A DNA stretch of 64,000 nt. It comes from Rebecca billardiae RCC1528 (taxonomy: Eukaryota > Protista > Haptophyta). Shown here piece by piece: positions 1-11,800 of the stretch (its first letter is position 1; every line of letters starts with the position of its first letter). Both the position numbers and the translations under genes were made by a program. The stretch is taken from positions 248,001-312,000 of the forward strand of contig OZ251238.1 of the NCBI GenBank assembly GCA_965240325.2, in the 5' to 3' direction. Under the pieces are notes generated by a model. It saw only the letters and a list, made by a program, of their open reading frames with translations. It did no database searches and was not told the origin of the DNA.

Positions 1-2
1 GG

Positions 3-941
3 CTGCGCGTCGAGCTGCCAGAGCCGGGGGCGCGCGAGCCCGCGCCCGCGTACGCGCGGCGCGGCGGCACGCGCGAGGCGGCCGCCGCCGACGCGCTCGC
101 GCGCACGGCGGACTGGGCGCGCGCGAGCGGCGGCGGCGCGCGCGTGGTCGAGCGCTCGGGCGCGGCCGCGGCGCTCGACGAGCTGCGCCGGCTGCTCGCG
201 CGGTGCAAGGGGCGCGTGCACGCGCTCGGGCCAACGGCCGAGCTGGACGTGGGCGTGGCGCTCGGCCCGAGCGCGCGCACCGTCGTGCTCCGCGGCCTCG
301 TCGGCGACGGCGTCGACGCGGACGCGCGCGCGCCCGCGGGCTGGCCGCCACACGCGCAGCCGCCACTCACGCTCGACCCCAACCTCGCCGGCGGCCCGAT
401 CGTCCTCTGGCTCGAGGCGGGCTCGCTCTTCGACCCGGCGGGCGCGCCGCCGAGCATGCTCTTCGACCGCGCCGCGCGCGCCGCGTACGGCCTGCCCGCG
501 CGCACCGGCCCGCTCAGCGCCGAAGACGTGGACGCGCTGCTGGCCGCGGGCGAGCTGCGCGAGGTGACGCGCGCCGCGTTCGGTGGCCGCTGGCTGCCGA
601 TGGGCGCGCCGTGGCACGAGGGGCCGCAGACGGCGCGGGCGGCGACGGGCGGCGCGGCGCGCGCGCCCGCGGCCGAGGCGGGGCCGCGCGTCTTCATGCA
701 GGACACCATCGAGTGGGCCGTGCGCGACGGCCCCGAGCGCGTCGCGCTGCGCATCGTGCGCACGCGGCTGCCGCCAGATGCGGTGCACGTCGACGTCGAG
801 CGCGCGTGGGCGCGCGAGCCGATCCGGCCGGGCACCGCGGCGAGCGCCGGGCCGGTGACGCCCGGCGCTGCGCCGAGCAGCGCCATCGCGCCACGCGCCA
901 CGCCGCGCCCGGCGTCGGCGCCGCGCCGGCGCGGCGCGTGA
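3..941 (+). CDS. 5'-partial hypothetical protein (3' end of a gene entering the window)
   Basis: The frame of ORF 144..941 is open back to the window edge (LRVELPEPGARE...). Codon usage is strongly GC3, with globular-looking segments (PIVLWLEAGSLFDP, RVFMQDTIEWAVRDG). Stop TGA at 939-941. Confidence 0.6.
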   Translation: MRVELPEPGAREPAPAYARRGGTREAAAADALARTADWARASGGGARVVERSGAAAALDELRRLLARCKGRVHALGPTAELDVGVALGPSARTVVLRGLVGDGVDADARAPAGWPPHAQPPLTLDPNLAGGPIVLWLEAGSLFDPAGAPPSMLFDRAARAAYGLPARTGPLSAEDVDALLAAGELREVTRAAFGGRWLPMGAPWHEGPQTARAATGGAARAPAAEAGPRVFMQDTIEWAVRDGPERVALRIVRTRLPPDAVHVDVERAWAREPIRPGTAASAGPVTPGAAPSSAIAPRATPRPASAPRRRGA

Positions 942-1589
942 GCGCAGCGCGGCCCACGTCATGCTGCAGCAGACTCGATCGGCATGCAAGCGCACACCAC
1001 AGACGCATCTCAGCAAGGTCGAGGAGGCTGTGCTAGCGGAGCGTGTAGAGCTCGCAACGCGTGCAGCTCGTCTGTCTCCAAGGGCCGTCAACCTGTGTGC
1101 GTCGCCGTACTGGCGCAGGCGCGGCTCGTCCACCAAGGCAGAGAGCTTGCCAGACTGACGGTGTTCGCCGCGTGTCACACTCGAATGCAAGCAGCGCACA
1201 TTACGCGCGCTCAGGACTGAACTGTACTGCCTACTGCCTATGTACTGGCAATAGCCAAAATAACCAATACGCGGCGCGTGGACGTGGTACTGCGCGGTGA
1301 CTATATGATATCGACTCTCGATGCGAAACCCGCGCGGTCGTGGCTAGGCGTATACCATCTTGGCGGCTCGTTCTTCGGACACAACCGGCAGCGCCACAGG
1401 GCGAGGATATAACGCTACTACGCCCCAACCGGTGCTGCTGTCAGGCCACCCGGTCTGACACCGGCAGACACCGCGGCCAGTAGTAGTGCCGCCGCGGGCC
1501 ACCACCGACTGACCCCGTACTCCCGTGTCCCGTCCCACAGCAGGGGCGCGATCCAGATGAAGTTATTGATGGGAGTTCGGAAGGGAAGC

Positions 1590-1715
1590 CATGGCGGGCG
1601 CGGATGCCCGTCCCACCGCGATCCAAGGCCCAGCGCCACGGCCGGGCCACTGGGGTGTGGCGCAGGCAGGGTGGCGCGGTCGGACGAGCGCGTGAGCTTG
1701 AGTGACAGCTTCCTT
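1590..1715 (-). repeat. Diverged dispersed repeat (inverted paralog of ~36548-36725)
   Basis: The reverse complement AGGAAGCTGTCACTCA..GCGCTCG..GGGCCTTGGATCGC..GGTGGGAC matches 36548-36725. Confidence 0.7.
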
Positions 1716-2507
1716 CCGGACCACTCTTCACGTGGACGGCTTTTCGGCGTGGATTTCATCATCCGTTTTGGCTGTGAAAGGGGTAAACATCGAAAGCCGC
1801 TCAGAGTCATCACCGGACCGTGGTTTATCATCACATTGTTCTAAATAGTTACCAGTACAGGCTTCGGCCGCCAGTCTGATCACCCGGAGCCCGTTATAAA
1901 GGGGAATTTAGAAGTACCGATTGTGTAGGTGTGTCGTCAAGTCATAGAATAAGTAGCCGGTCACGATGACTTTCAACTTTGGCCAGGCCGAGGGTTCATT
2001 ATTTGATCACGACGAGCGAGGGGTGCGCAAACTGGCACCGGTCGTAATCAACCGGGTGTGAGAAGATCGTGGATCTCCAGGCGGGGCGATTCGTGAAGCG
2101 AAGCTACTAGCGAAGCTACCACAACACTCGGGGAAATCGGTTACCCGTTTTATGAGCGAAATATTTTCATCTTTAGACGAAGTCGGTGAGTCGATGAGAT
2201 CGATTGCTTGTTGCTCGAAAGTCGTCCTACCTCCGCCACTCTACCTTATCGCCCCAATACCTATGGTGATTGCAATCTCGGTGGTTCTGATTTGAAATTC
2301 CCGTCGCCTCGGGGTCGTCCGGCCGGTTTTCAGATGGAAAACAGCCAATGAGGAGCCGTGCATCTTCGCGCAATCACGTTTGACCGCCAAAACTCGTATG
2401 TGCGACATCACCCCGAATCCACTTCTCGCGGGAAAACCCGCGTGCGTGCGGTGCGGACCTTGACCAGTGGACCACGAGCCGACGCGCGACGGCGTGTCGG
2501 GCGGGCG

Positions 2508-4072
2508 ATGGAGGAGGCGTTCGAGGACACGGGGGAGCCGATCGGCGACGATCCAGCGGAGCCTGATCTGGTATGCTGGGCTGCAAACCGCCACCGCGTG
2601 CATCCTCCCCGAGCGCTCCCACCGCATCAGGCCGCACGCGCCGCGCCAACGGGCGGGGACTTCTCGCGCCTCGGCCCACTCGCGCGCCCGCCGCGCGCAC
2701 TCGCGTCGCGCCGCGCAGACCTCCCTGATCGATCTGCACCTGCTGAACGAGATGGAGCGCGCGATGAACCCTGAGAGCCTCGCGGCGACGGACACAGCAG
2801 TCGCAACCCACCAGAGCGGCAGCTCTGGCGCGCCTGCCCACGAGCAGCAGCAGAGGAAGAGGAAGCCGAGCCAGAAGAAGAAGCAGAAGCAGAAAAAGGC
2901 TGACTCGCACAAGCCAGGGGCCGACTGGCTCCACGGAGCAGCAAACGTACGCTGGCTGCGCGTGCGCGCTGCGCGCGTGCCCCCTCCGCGTCCGACCCGC
3001 ACCTGTGACCTTCGCGCCAACGACCCTTGCGCCGCGCCGCCGCTGCCGCGCTCGGCGCTCGCTCGCGCAGGCGCAGCCGACGCCACAGCTGAACAAGTGC
3101 GGCTTCGACACCGTGAACGGCGAGCACTGGTGCCTGAAAGGCGCGACGGTCACCTACGCGCTCTCGGTGAGCGCGCAAGACGCCCCCGCCGAGGCCGTGC
3201 CGCTCGAGTGCTCGCTGCGCCATGCGGCGAACGGCGAGCGGGTGCGCTTGCAAGCCGGTGATCCGGAGGAGCTGCTGACGATGAAGCGGCAGCCGCACCT
3301 GAAAGGCCGCAGAGGCGTCGCGCAGGTCGCGGTGCACCTGCTCTCCAGCCGCCGCCCGATGGCGCACGTACGCGGCAAGGCGCGTGCCGAGCAGGCGGTG
3401 CCGGTTGCCCCCGGCCGCAAGGACAAGGGCACGCTCTTCGTGCTCAGATTCGAGCCCGCCAACCCGGAGATGCGCGCGCGGCATCCATCCCTCTCCTTTG
3501 TGACGCCACCCGTGCGCGTCAAGGCGAAAAAGCCGCGCCACGGTGTGCCGAGACGGGATGACCGACGTGACGGTGCGCCGGACGAGGCGCCGGCCGCGGC
3601 GCCGCGTCCGGCTCCAGCCCGTGCAGCCGGGACCAAGCGCGCTCGGCCGGCGGACGACGGCGCTGCTGCCGACCATGGCCCGCCGCGCGCGCGCAGGCCG
3701 CACCTCGAGCCCGGCGAGCCGGTGAGCTCGCAGCAGCCGCGCGTGCCCGTGCCACCCAGCGCGGGCAACATGCGGTGGATGCGTATAGCGCCAAGTGAGC
3801 TCGCGCCGGCCGCGAGCTTCGTGCCAGCTGCGCGAGCCCTCTCGTCACCGCGCGCTGATCTGGCGATGGCAGCAACTCGCGAGCTCGCGCCATGGCAGCA
3901 CGACGCCGGCACGGGCGCGGAGGGACTTGAGCAGGCGAACCCGCTCACAGGAGGAGGGCGGCGCGCACAGCGCCTGCCGTCGCTCGTGCGCGAGTACACG
4001 CGGCTCAGAGAGCAGCTCTTCAGCATCGAGGCGCAGCTTCGCGAAGCGGGTGTGGACCCAGCAGCAATCTGA
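2508..4072 (+). CDS. Hypothetical ~430 aa protein, possible Ig-fold (CudA/STAT-like) DNA-binding protein; join(2508..2570,2719..2946,3071..4072)
   Basis: Two GT..CGCAG introns (2571-2718, 2947-3070) join three ORF pieces in phase 0. There is a basic NLS-like stretch RKRKPSQKKKQKQKK, a core VHLLSS...TLFVLRFEP...VTPPVRVKAKKP and a C-terminal coiled coil. The family assignment is inference. Confidence 0.65.
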
Positions 4073-4202
4073 CGCGCCATTCTGACGAGATGCCGCACAC
4101 GGGCGCATCGTGACCCGCGCACAGCGTGCCGTCGTCAGTCAGCAGCCTCAGCCTCAGGGCCGTCCCGACGACCGGCAATCATCACATATGTAGTCGCAGC
4201 AT

Positions 4203-4244
<42 letters not shown>

Positions 4245-5153
4245 CACTTATTTTAAATATATTTAATATTGCTGACTCTGACGCCTGCCCGTTGCATACC
4301 ACGTCGTTAATATACATATATGGCGAATAAATGTATATAATATATCATCAATATATATATATGCATTCTATGTGTCTGTTGCACTCTGATTGCCTGACGC
4401 TTGTCCGATGCTGCCCTATGTGCGAATCAAGGCCTATATGGCCGGCCATGACCGATGATATTGGCCGCTAGGCGGCCATGGCCGATGGTTAGCGGTCGAC
4501 CATCCATCTCTGGCCGATGGGTATTGGCCGATGGCCGTCCGGCGGCCGGACCGCCGTACTCGTAGGCCGCCCCGGACGGCACGGCCACTGGCGCCGGCGC
4601 GTCGGATGCCATTCAGTGATGGGCCGCGTGAGCACGCCGCGCGGGCTGCAGCACTGTCCGACTCTGCACGGTCGTACGGTTCGAGAGGGCGGCCCCGGGG
4701 CTCGGCCGACCCAACTGGTTGACTTGTTGAGCCCCAGTGGCGGTCTCGACCGAGCTTGGCGCAGGTGTGTGTGTGTGCCTGTCTGTGTGTGTTAATCTGA
4801 TATACTATATCAGTCTTACAGGCGACTATGTCTATTGCGATGTATTTGCCGATTCTGCGCGCCGGCCCGGCGAGTGAAGGACGCGAGGTGCAGCAGGTGG
4901 CGAGCCCGGCGAGACTCCGAGGGCGAGTCAGCGGCCGCACCCGCGCCCGCGACCGCGCCCACGCCCGCGCCCACGACCCCTACTTCTGCCACGGCTCGCG
5001 CTTGCACTGCCAGCAGCGCTGCGGCATCGTCTCACGCAGACCACGTCTGCCGACGCGGCGTCTGCGGCAGCCTCGCGGCGAGCGGACGAGCGGTGGCTGC
5101 CGCAGCACAGTAGTCGGCTGCAAGCAGCTTCTGCGACGAGATCATGCCCAGAC

Positions 5154-5655
5154 TGTTGGGATGCCCATCACAACCGCTCCATGCTGCCCCGCGCTCGCGG
5201 TTGCGGGCGCGGGCTGGTGCGGAGCGATGGGGACGAGAGGCGCCGGGGGAACAGCGTTGACGGCAGTCGTCGAGGAGAGCTCAGGAGCAGGAGCCGAGGC
5301 AGCGGCGGACATCGGGGTTAGAGGTTAGGCGAGGTCCGCCGACGGCGAGGAAGAGGAGCTCACGGCTCGGAGCGAGGGTCTAGACGCGAAGCTAGATGAC
5401 TCGAGATGACTCAGAGCGACTCAGCAGGGCAGTACTGATCTGTCGGGAAAGGTCGCCTGGTCAGTGAGCTGGATTGTTCCAATCTGCTTAGGGTGGTTTA
5501 GCCAATCGCTGTTGAGAAGAACGTCTGTCGAGAAACGACGCGAAGTGGCCAATAGGCTGGTCGGAAAAGTATAGGTGCAGCCATTTACCCAGGTCAGAAA
5601 TGATGGAGAAAAGGGAATAGACTGGTCGGAAAATAGAAAATGATAAACCACAACA
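5154..5655. mobile_element. Solo LTR (502 bp) nested in the TIR element
   Basis: TGTTG...CAACA termini and a 5-bp TSD CAGAC (5149-5153, 5656-5660). The block is absent from the paralogous element at 43441-44652. Confidence 0.9.
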
Positions 5656-5750
5656 CAGACAGAGTCAAGCCGACCTCGTTGGGGTACCATACGTTCTGCC
5701 CGAGTGGTGAATAATCTTTTGCCGAAAAAGAAAAGGGATGAATAATGAAT

Positions 5751-6089
5751 GTATATTTAACGACGTGGCAGCATCGGACAAGCGTCAGGCTCAGAGTGCA
5801 ACAGACACATAGAATGCGTCCGCGCCTTCCGTCCAGGTCAGACAGTGCGCCACCCGCAGCCCTGCCCCCCTACGGGAGCGGGGCCGGAATGGAGCACCGC
5901 CTCTGCCTGGGGGCGCTGGGGACACGCGGCGGCGACGGCAGATGCCGCCGCGGCCGAGCGCCTTCCGGAGCACTTATTGGATGAGGGTGAGGTCGTAGTC
6001 GATGTCGCTGCCCGCCGACCTAGCGGCGAGTAGCTCCGGCAAGCGGCAGCCGCGGCTGTCGCCCCCGTGCGCCCGCGTGGGCGCCTGAA

Positions 6090-6090
<1 letters not shown>
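5751..6090 (+). repeat. Truncated copy of the (TA)n-associated repeat
   Basis: Near-identical to 46991-47320. A shorter inverted copy at 4362-4415 + 6517-6537 is split by the TIR element. Confidence 0.85.
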
Positions 6091-6400
<310 letters not shown>

Positions 6401-7520
6401 GTATTCATTTATTCATTTATTCGTCGTAGTCGGCCACTGGCCGATGAACGGGCAAAAGTGGGCATCCTGTGGCCGACGGGTTGGCCGACGCCCGTCGAGG
6501 CTTGATTCGCACACAGATGCTGCCACGTCGTTATATACGCCTGCCCGTTGCATACCACGTCGTTAATATATATATGCATCGGCATCGATCACGACCGGAC
6601 AGACGCGCGTCACTCGACGTCATCTCCGCTCATCACTCGACGAGTCCCGCCGGTCTCGTTACGGTAGTCATAGTCGTACTCTAACTCAGCGGGCCGGCTG
6701 CGCCGCGCTCATCAGTTGTCACTATACGCTTTAGTACGACGGCTACTGCTGCTGCCCGCCCACTCTTCCTGCGGCTGGCTCACTATTGGTTTAGTACTGG
6801 CTGAGTCCTGCGTTACTCGCAGGCTCACGAGCCTCAGACCCGACTGAACCGGCGGCCGAGCCCGCCGCCGCTGCCAGTGAGCCGGTCGCCGGGGTCGTTG
6901 GTTGACTGGTGGCGACCGGACTCCTCGCGACTCGTTACTCGCCACAACGCTGCCCCAGCCAGTGCCTCTCCTCCGCTCGAGCTGCCAGACTCGAAAAAGA
7001 GGCCGCCACGCGCAAACCAGGCAGCGGGCAGCTCGACCTGCGCCTGACTGCGCAGCTCGGGCCCGATGCAGGCAAGAGACGTCGCAGCGGCTATGCAAGC
7101 GACTTGCAAGCAAGCAGGCCCTGATTGAAGAATCAAGCGGGCCAACGTCCAGCACTGACGTCCCGGTCCGCGCACACTCCATTCACATCCGGGAACACTC
7201 CATTCACATCGGCTCATGGTTGGCAGACCGAACACAGACATCAGTCCAAGCCCGGCTGAGTGAGCTCTCGAGTCCAGCACGAGCGGAAGAAGCTGGCTGT
7301 GCAACTTCAGTCTGCTGCGCAAGGCGGCCGGGTGAGATTTGCTGCTGTGCGTTCCGGCGCTGGCTGCGCGTGCATTGCACCGCCCTGCCGAGCAGTGCCT
7401 TTCGAGTTTCGTCCCGTCGATGCACGATGGCGATTCCGGATGACGCTGCCACCGGACTGGACAGGGAGGTGCAGACTGCTCGGTGATCAAGTGATCGGAC
7501 GCACGGCGGCGGCGGCGGAG

Positions 7521-8638
7521 CCAAGGGGAGTCAGGGTACAGCACGTCCAGTTGGGCTGCAGCTGGAGCTTGGGTCCAAAAGCTTCCCGCGGCGCAGCGGC
7601 ACTCGCCGCCGCCGCCGCCGTCGAGGGGCGGTTGTGGCGCGCACGGCGTGAGCCGCTGCGGGCGCTGAGGTGCGCGCGACGGCGGCGCGCCCGGCGGCGC
7701 TGCTGTAGGAGGCCTCTGCCCTCCTCTCTGCCCCGCGCGCTTCGCTCGTCGTCGCCGTCTCCGCGCCTGCGACTCAGCGCGCACGCGAGCGCCGCACCGC
7801 CCGGCCGCCGGGGCAATCTCAGCCGTGACTGCGCATGTGCGTCGCGACCTGGTCGGCCCAGCGCGCGAGGCGCGTGTGGGCGAGGTAGGGCCAGTATGGG
7901 CGCGCGCCATGCCGCCTCTAGTAACCATCAGAGCGTACATCAGGAGACTGAGCACGCGTGTCTGGTTGGCCGCTTGGACTGTGTTCAAGCAATGCACGGG
8001 CCATCGTCGAGGCGATTTCGAGGCACTCAGTCAAAACGTCAGTTCCGCGCGCAGACGACCTGGACGAGAGCCACTGACGATGTATGTTTCGAACGATCAC
8101 AAAAGGCTCTGCAACTATGGCGTCTGTACGCCTACTGCCTCGATCGTGCACACGTCTGACGTCTGCGCTTGGGTGCCGCATGTTTGTCAACGTTGTCGAC
8201 AGAGGTGCAAGGCCCGCGACATGCCCACCGGCGCAAGGTCGAGGCGGCATGGCGCGCGCCCATACTGGCCCTACCTCGCCCACACGCGCCTCGCGCGCTG
8301 GGCCGACCAGGTCGCGACGCACATGCGCAGTCACGGCTGAGATTGCCCCGGCGGCCGGGCGGTGCCGCGCTCGCGTGCGCGCTGAGTCGCAGGCGCGGAG
8401 ACGGCGACGACGAGCGAAGCGCGCGGGGCAGAGAGGAGGGCAGTGGCCTCCTACAGCAGCGCCGCCGGGCGCGCCGCCGTCGCGCGCACCTCAGCGCCCG
8501 CAGCGGCTCACGCCGTGCGCGCCACAACCGCCCCTCGACGGCGGCGGCGGCGGCGAGTGCCGCTGCGCCGCGGGAAGCTTTTGGACCCAAGCTCCAGCTG
8601 CAGCCCAACTGGACGTGCTGTACCCTGACTCCCCTTGG
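7521..8638. mobile_element. Foldback element with ~399-bp near-perfect inverted arms
   Basis: Arms 7520-7918 and 8241-8639 are reverse complements (about 2 mismatches seen) around a 322-bp spacer. Termini CCAAGGGG/CCCCTTGG are flanked by CGGAG at 7516-7520 and 8639-8643. Confidence 0.9.
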
Positions 8639-8845
8639 CGGAGCTGTACGTCGTCGTCATTGACGATGACAGGTGGCTCTCATCAGGCGAACTGAGACAT
8701 GGGCGCAAGTGGAGCCGCGAGCTGCCTAACCGGGCAAACCGTACCCATCCGCGTGCTGGTTCGCGTATCGGCGCGCGCGTGAGATCGACCCGCGCCGTGG
8801 TGGCGAGGCCGGCGCCGCGCACCTAGCACCGGCGGCCGCGAGGGG

Positions 8846-11800
8846 ATGTTGCGCCTCGTCGCCGCGTCGCGGCGCGTGGCGTCGCACACCGCGCCGCGCG
8901 CCCGCGCGCTCTCGGCCGTGCCGTACTCGGAGCTCACGATCGGCGTGCCCAAGGAGATTGCGCACCTCGAGCGGCGCGTCGCGCAGACGCCCGACACGGT
9001 GGCCAAGCTGGTGAAGGAGGGCTTCGGCGTGCGCGTGCAGGCGGGCGCGGGCGAGGGCGCCTCGTTCCCCGACGCCGCGTACGCCGCGGCCGGCGCCGAG
9101 GTCGTCCCCACCGCCGAGGACGCGTTCAAGGCGTCGATCGTTTGCAAGGTGGCGGGGCCGACGCCCGAGGAGGCCAAGCTGATCGCCGACCGCACGCTGA
9201 TCTCGTTCGTCTGGCCGGCGCAGAACAAGGAGCTGGTGGACCAGCTCGGCGCGCAGGGCGCGACCGTCTTCGCGATGGACATGATCCCGCGCGTGCTCTC
9301 GCGCGGCCAGACGTTTGACGCGCTCTCGTCGCAGGCCAACATCGCCGGCTACCGCGCGGTCGTCGAGGCGGGCAACGCGTTCGGCCGCTTCTTCGGCGGG
9401 ATGATGACGGCGGCGGGGAAGGTGCCGCCCGCCAAGGTGCTCGTCATCGGCGGCGGCGTCGCCGGCCTCTCCGCCATCACGCACGCCAAGAACCTCGGCG
9501 CGGTCGTGCTGTGCTTCGACGTGCGCGCGGCCGTGAAGGAGCAGGCCGAGTCGCTCGGCGCCAAGTTCCTCGACGTGAAGTTCGAGGAGTCGGGCGAGGG
9601 CGCGGGCGGGTACGCGAAGGAGATGAGCCCCGAGTGGCACGCCGCCGCGCGCGCGATGCTCACCAAGCAGTGCGAGGAGGTCGACATCATCATCACGACC
9701 GCGCTGATCCCGGGCAAGACGGCGCCGATCATGTTCACCAAGGAGATGGTCGCCAAGATGAAGCCGGGCTCGGTGACGGTGGACCTGGCGGCGCAGGCGG
9801 GCGGCAACATCGAGACGACGGTGCCCGACCAGGCGGTCGTCACGCCCAACGGCGTCACCTGCATCGGGTACACCGACATCAACTCGCGGCTCGCCTCGGT
9901 CTCCTCCACGCTGTACGCCAACAACCAGTCCAAGTTCCTGCTCTCCGTCGGGCCGTTCACGACCAAGAACAAGGGCGAGTGGCTGATCGACCACGCGGAC
10001 GAGGCGGTGCGCGGGATGCTCGTGCTCGAGAAGGGCAAGCTCATGTGGCCGCCCCCGCCCATCGAGCAGCCGCCGCCGCCGCCGCCCAAGCCGTCTGCCT
10101 CCAAGGAGCCGGTCGTGAAGACGGCTGAGGAGTGCGAGGCCGAGTTCAAGAAGGGCGCGCTCAACGCGGGCGGCGCGGGCGCGGCGGTGCTCGCGATCGG
10201 CGCGGCGTCGCCCTCGGCCGCGTTCTCCTCGATGCTCACCGTCTTCGCCCTCTCCACCACCGTCGGCTACCAGGTCGTCTGGGGCGTGACGCCCGCGCTG
10301 CACTCGCCGCTGATGGCGGTGACCAACGCGATCTCGGGCGTGACCGCGCTCGGCGGCATGCACCTGATGGGCGGCGGGCTGCTGCCCGCGACGACGGCGC
10401 ACACGCTGGGCGCGGTGGCGACGGGGATCTCGCTCGTCAACGTCGTCGGCGGCTCGCTCGTCACGATGAAGATGCTCGAGCACTTCAAGCGCCCAACCGA
10501 CCCGCCCGAGTTCTATCACTACTACGGCGCGCCGCTCGCGGGCACGGCCGCCGCCTACTTCGCCGGGAACGCGCTCGGCTTCAAGGAGCTCACGGCGTCG
10601 GTCGAGACGGCGGCGGCGCTGCTGTGCATCGGCGGGATCGCCGGCCTCGCGACGCAGAAGACCGCGCGCCTCGGCAACACCTCGGGCGTCGCGGGCATCG
10701 GGCTCGGACTCGCCGCCACCCTCGGCGGCGTGCACTGGGACCTCGGCACGTACGCGCAGTTCGCGCTCGTCGGCGGCGGCGGCGGCGCGCTCGGCGCGGC
10801 GATCTACCAGCGGGTGGACCCGACGTCGCTGCCGCAGACGGTGGCGGCGTTCCACTCGCTCGTCGGCGCCGCCGCCGTGATGACCGCCATCGGCGACTAC
10901 TGGAACGCGATCCAGCCGGGCGGCGACGGCACCCTCGACACGGTGCGACTCAGCGCGATCGGCTTCGCGACCGCCATCGGCGGCATCACTACCACCGGCT
11001 CGCTGATCGCGTTCGCCAAGCTGAACGGCAACCTCTCGTCCGCCGCGCTCAAGCTGCCCGTGCGCGACGCGCTCAACGCCTCGATGGGCGCGGCGATGGT
11101 GCTCAGCATGGGTGCGCGCGCGCGCGGCGCGGCGCGACGCGACGCTTCGCGCGGCGCGCGCGCCTGCGGCGACGCGCGGCGACGCGCGAAGCGGCGTCGC
11201 TGAGCGCAACACAACCGCCGCCGCCGCCGCCGCCACCGCGCCCGCGCGCGCTCCCGCGCGCCACCGCGCGCAGGCGTGCTCGCGATGAACCCGTCGCCCG
11301 CCGTGGGCGTCGCCTGCCTCAGCACGACCACCGTCCTCTCGGGCGCGCTCGGGCTTCACATGGTGCACTCGATCGGTGGCGCTGACATGCCCGTGGTGAT
11401 CACCATCCTCAACTCCTACTCGGTGCGCGCGCGCGCCGCCCGCGACGCGCGCCGTGGGCGCGCGAGCGCGCACCGCGCGGCTGGGCGCGCCGCTGGGCGG
11501 CGGCGGTGCGGCGCCGGCCGCCGCGCGCCGCGCGCGCCACCGCCGGCCGCGCGCGCGCCGGCGTGCTGCCCCGCGCGCGCGCCTCCGCCCCTCCGCGCGC
11601 CCGCCGCCCTCTGCGCCCCCCCCGACACCCCTCGCCGCGCGCGCCCGTTCCCCGCCCTCGGCGCCGCTTCTGCTCCGCAGGGCTGGGCGCTGTGCGCGGA
11701 GGGCTTCATGCTCAACCAGCCGCTGCTCACCACGGTGGGCGCGCTGATCGGCTCGTCGGGTGCAATCCTCACGCACGTGATGTGCGAGGCGATGAACCGC

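Noticed and set aside
5313-5328. Telomere-like GGGGTTAGAGGTTAGG
   Set aside because: Only two imperfect units, inside the solo LTR; not an interstitial telomere array.
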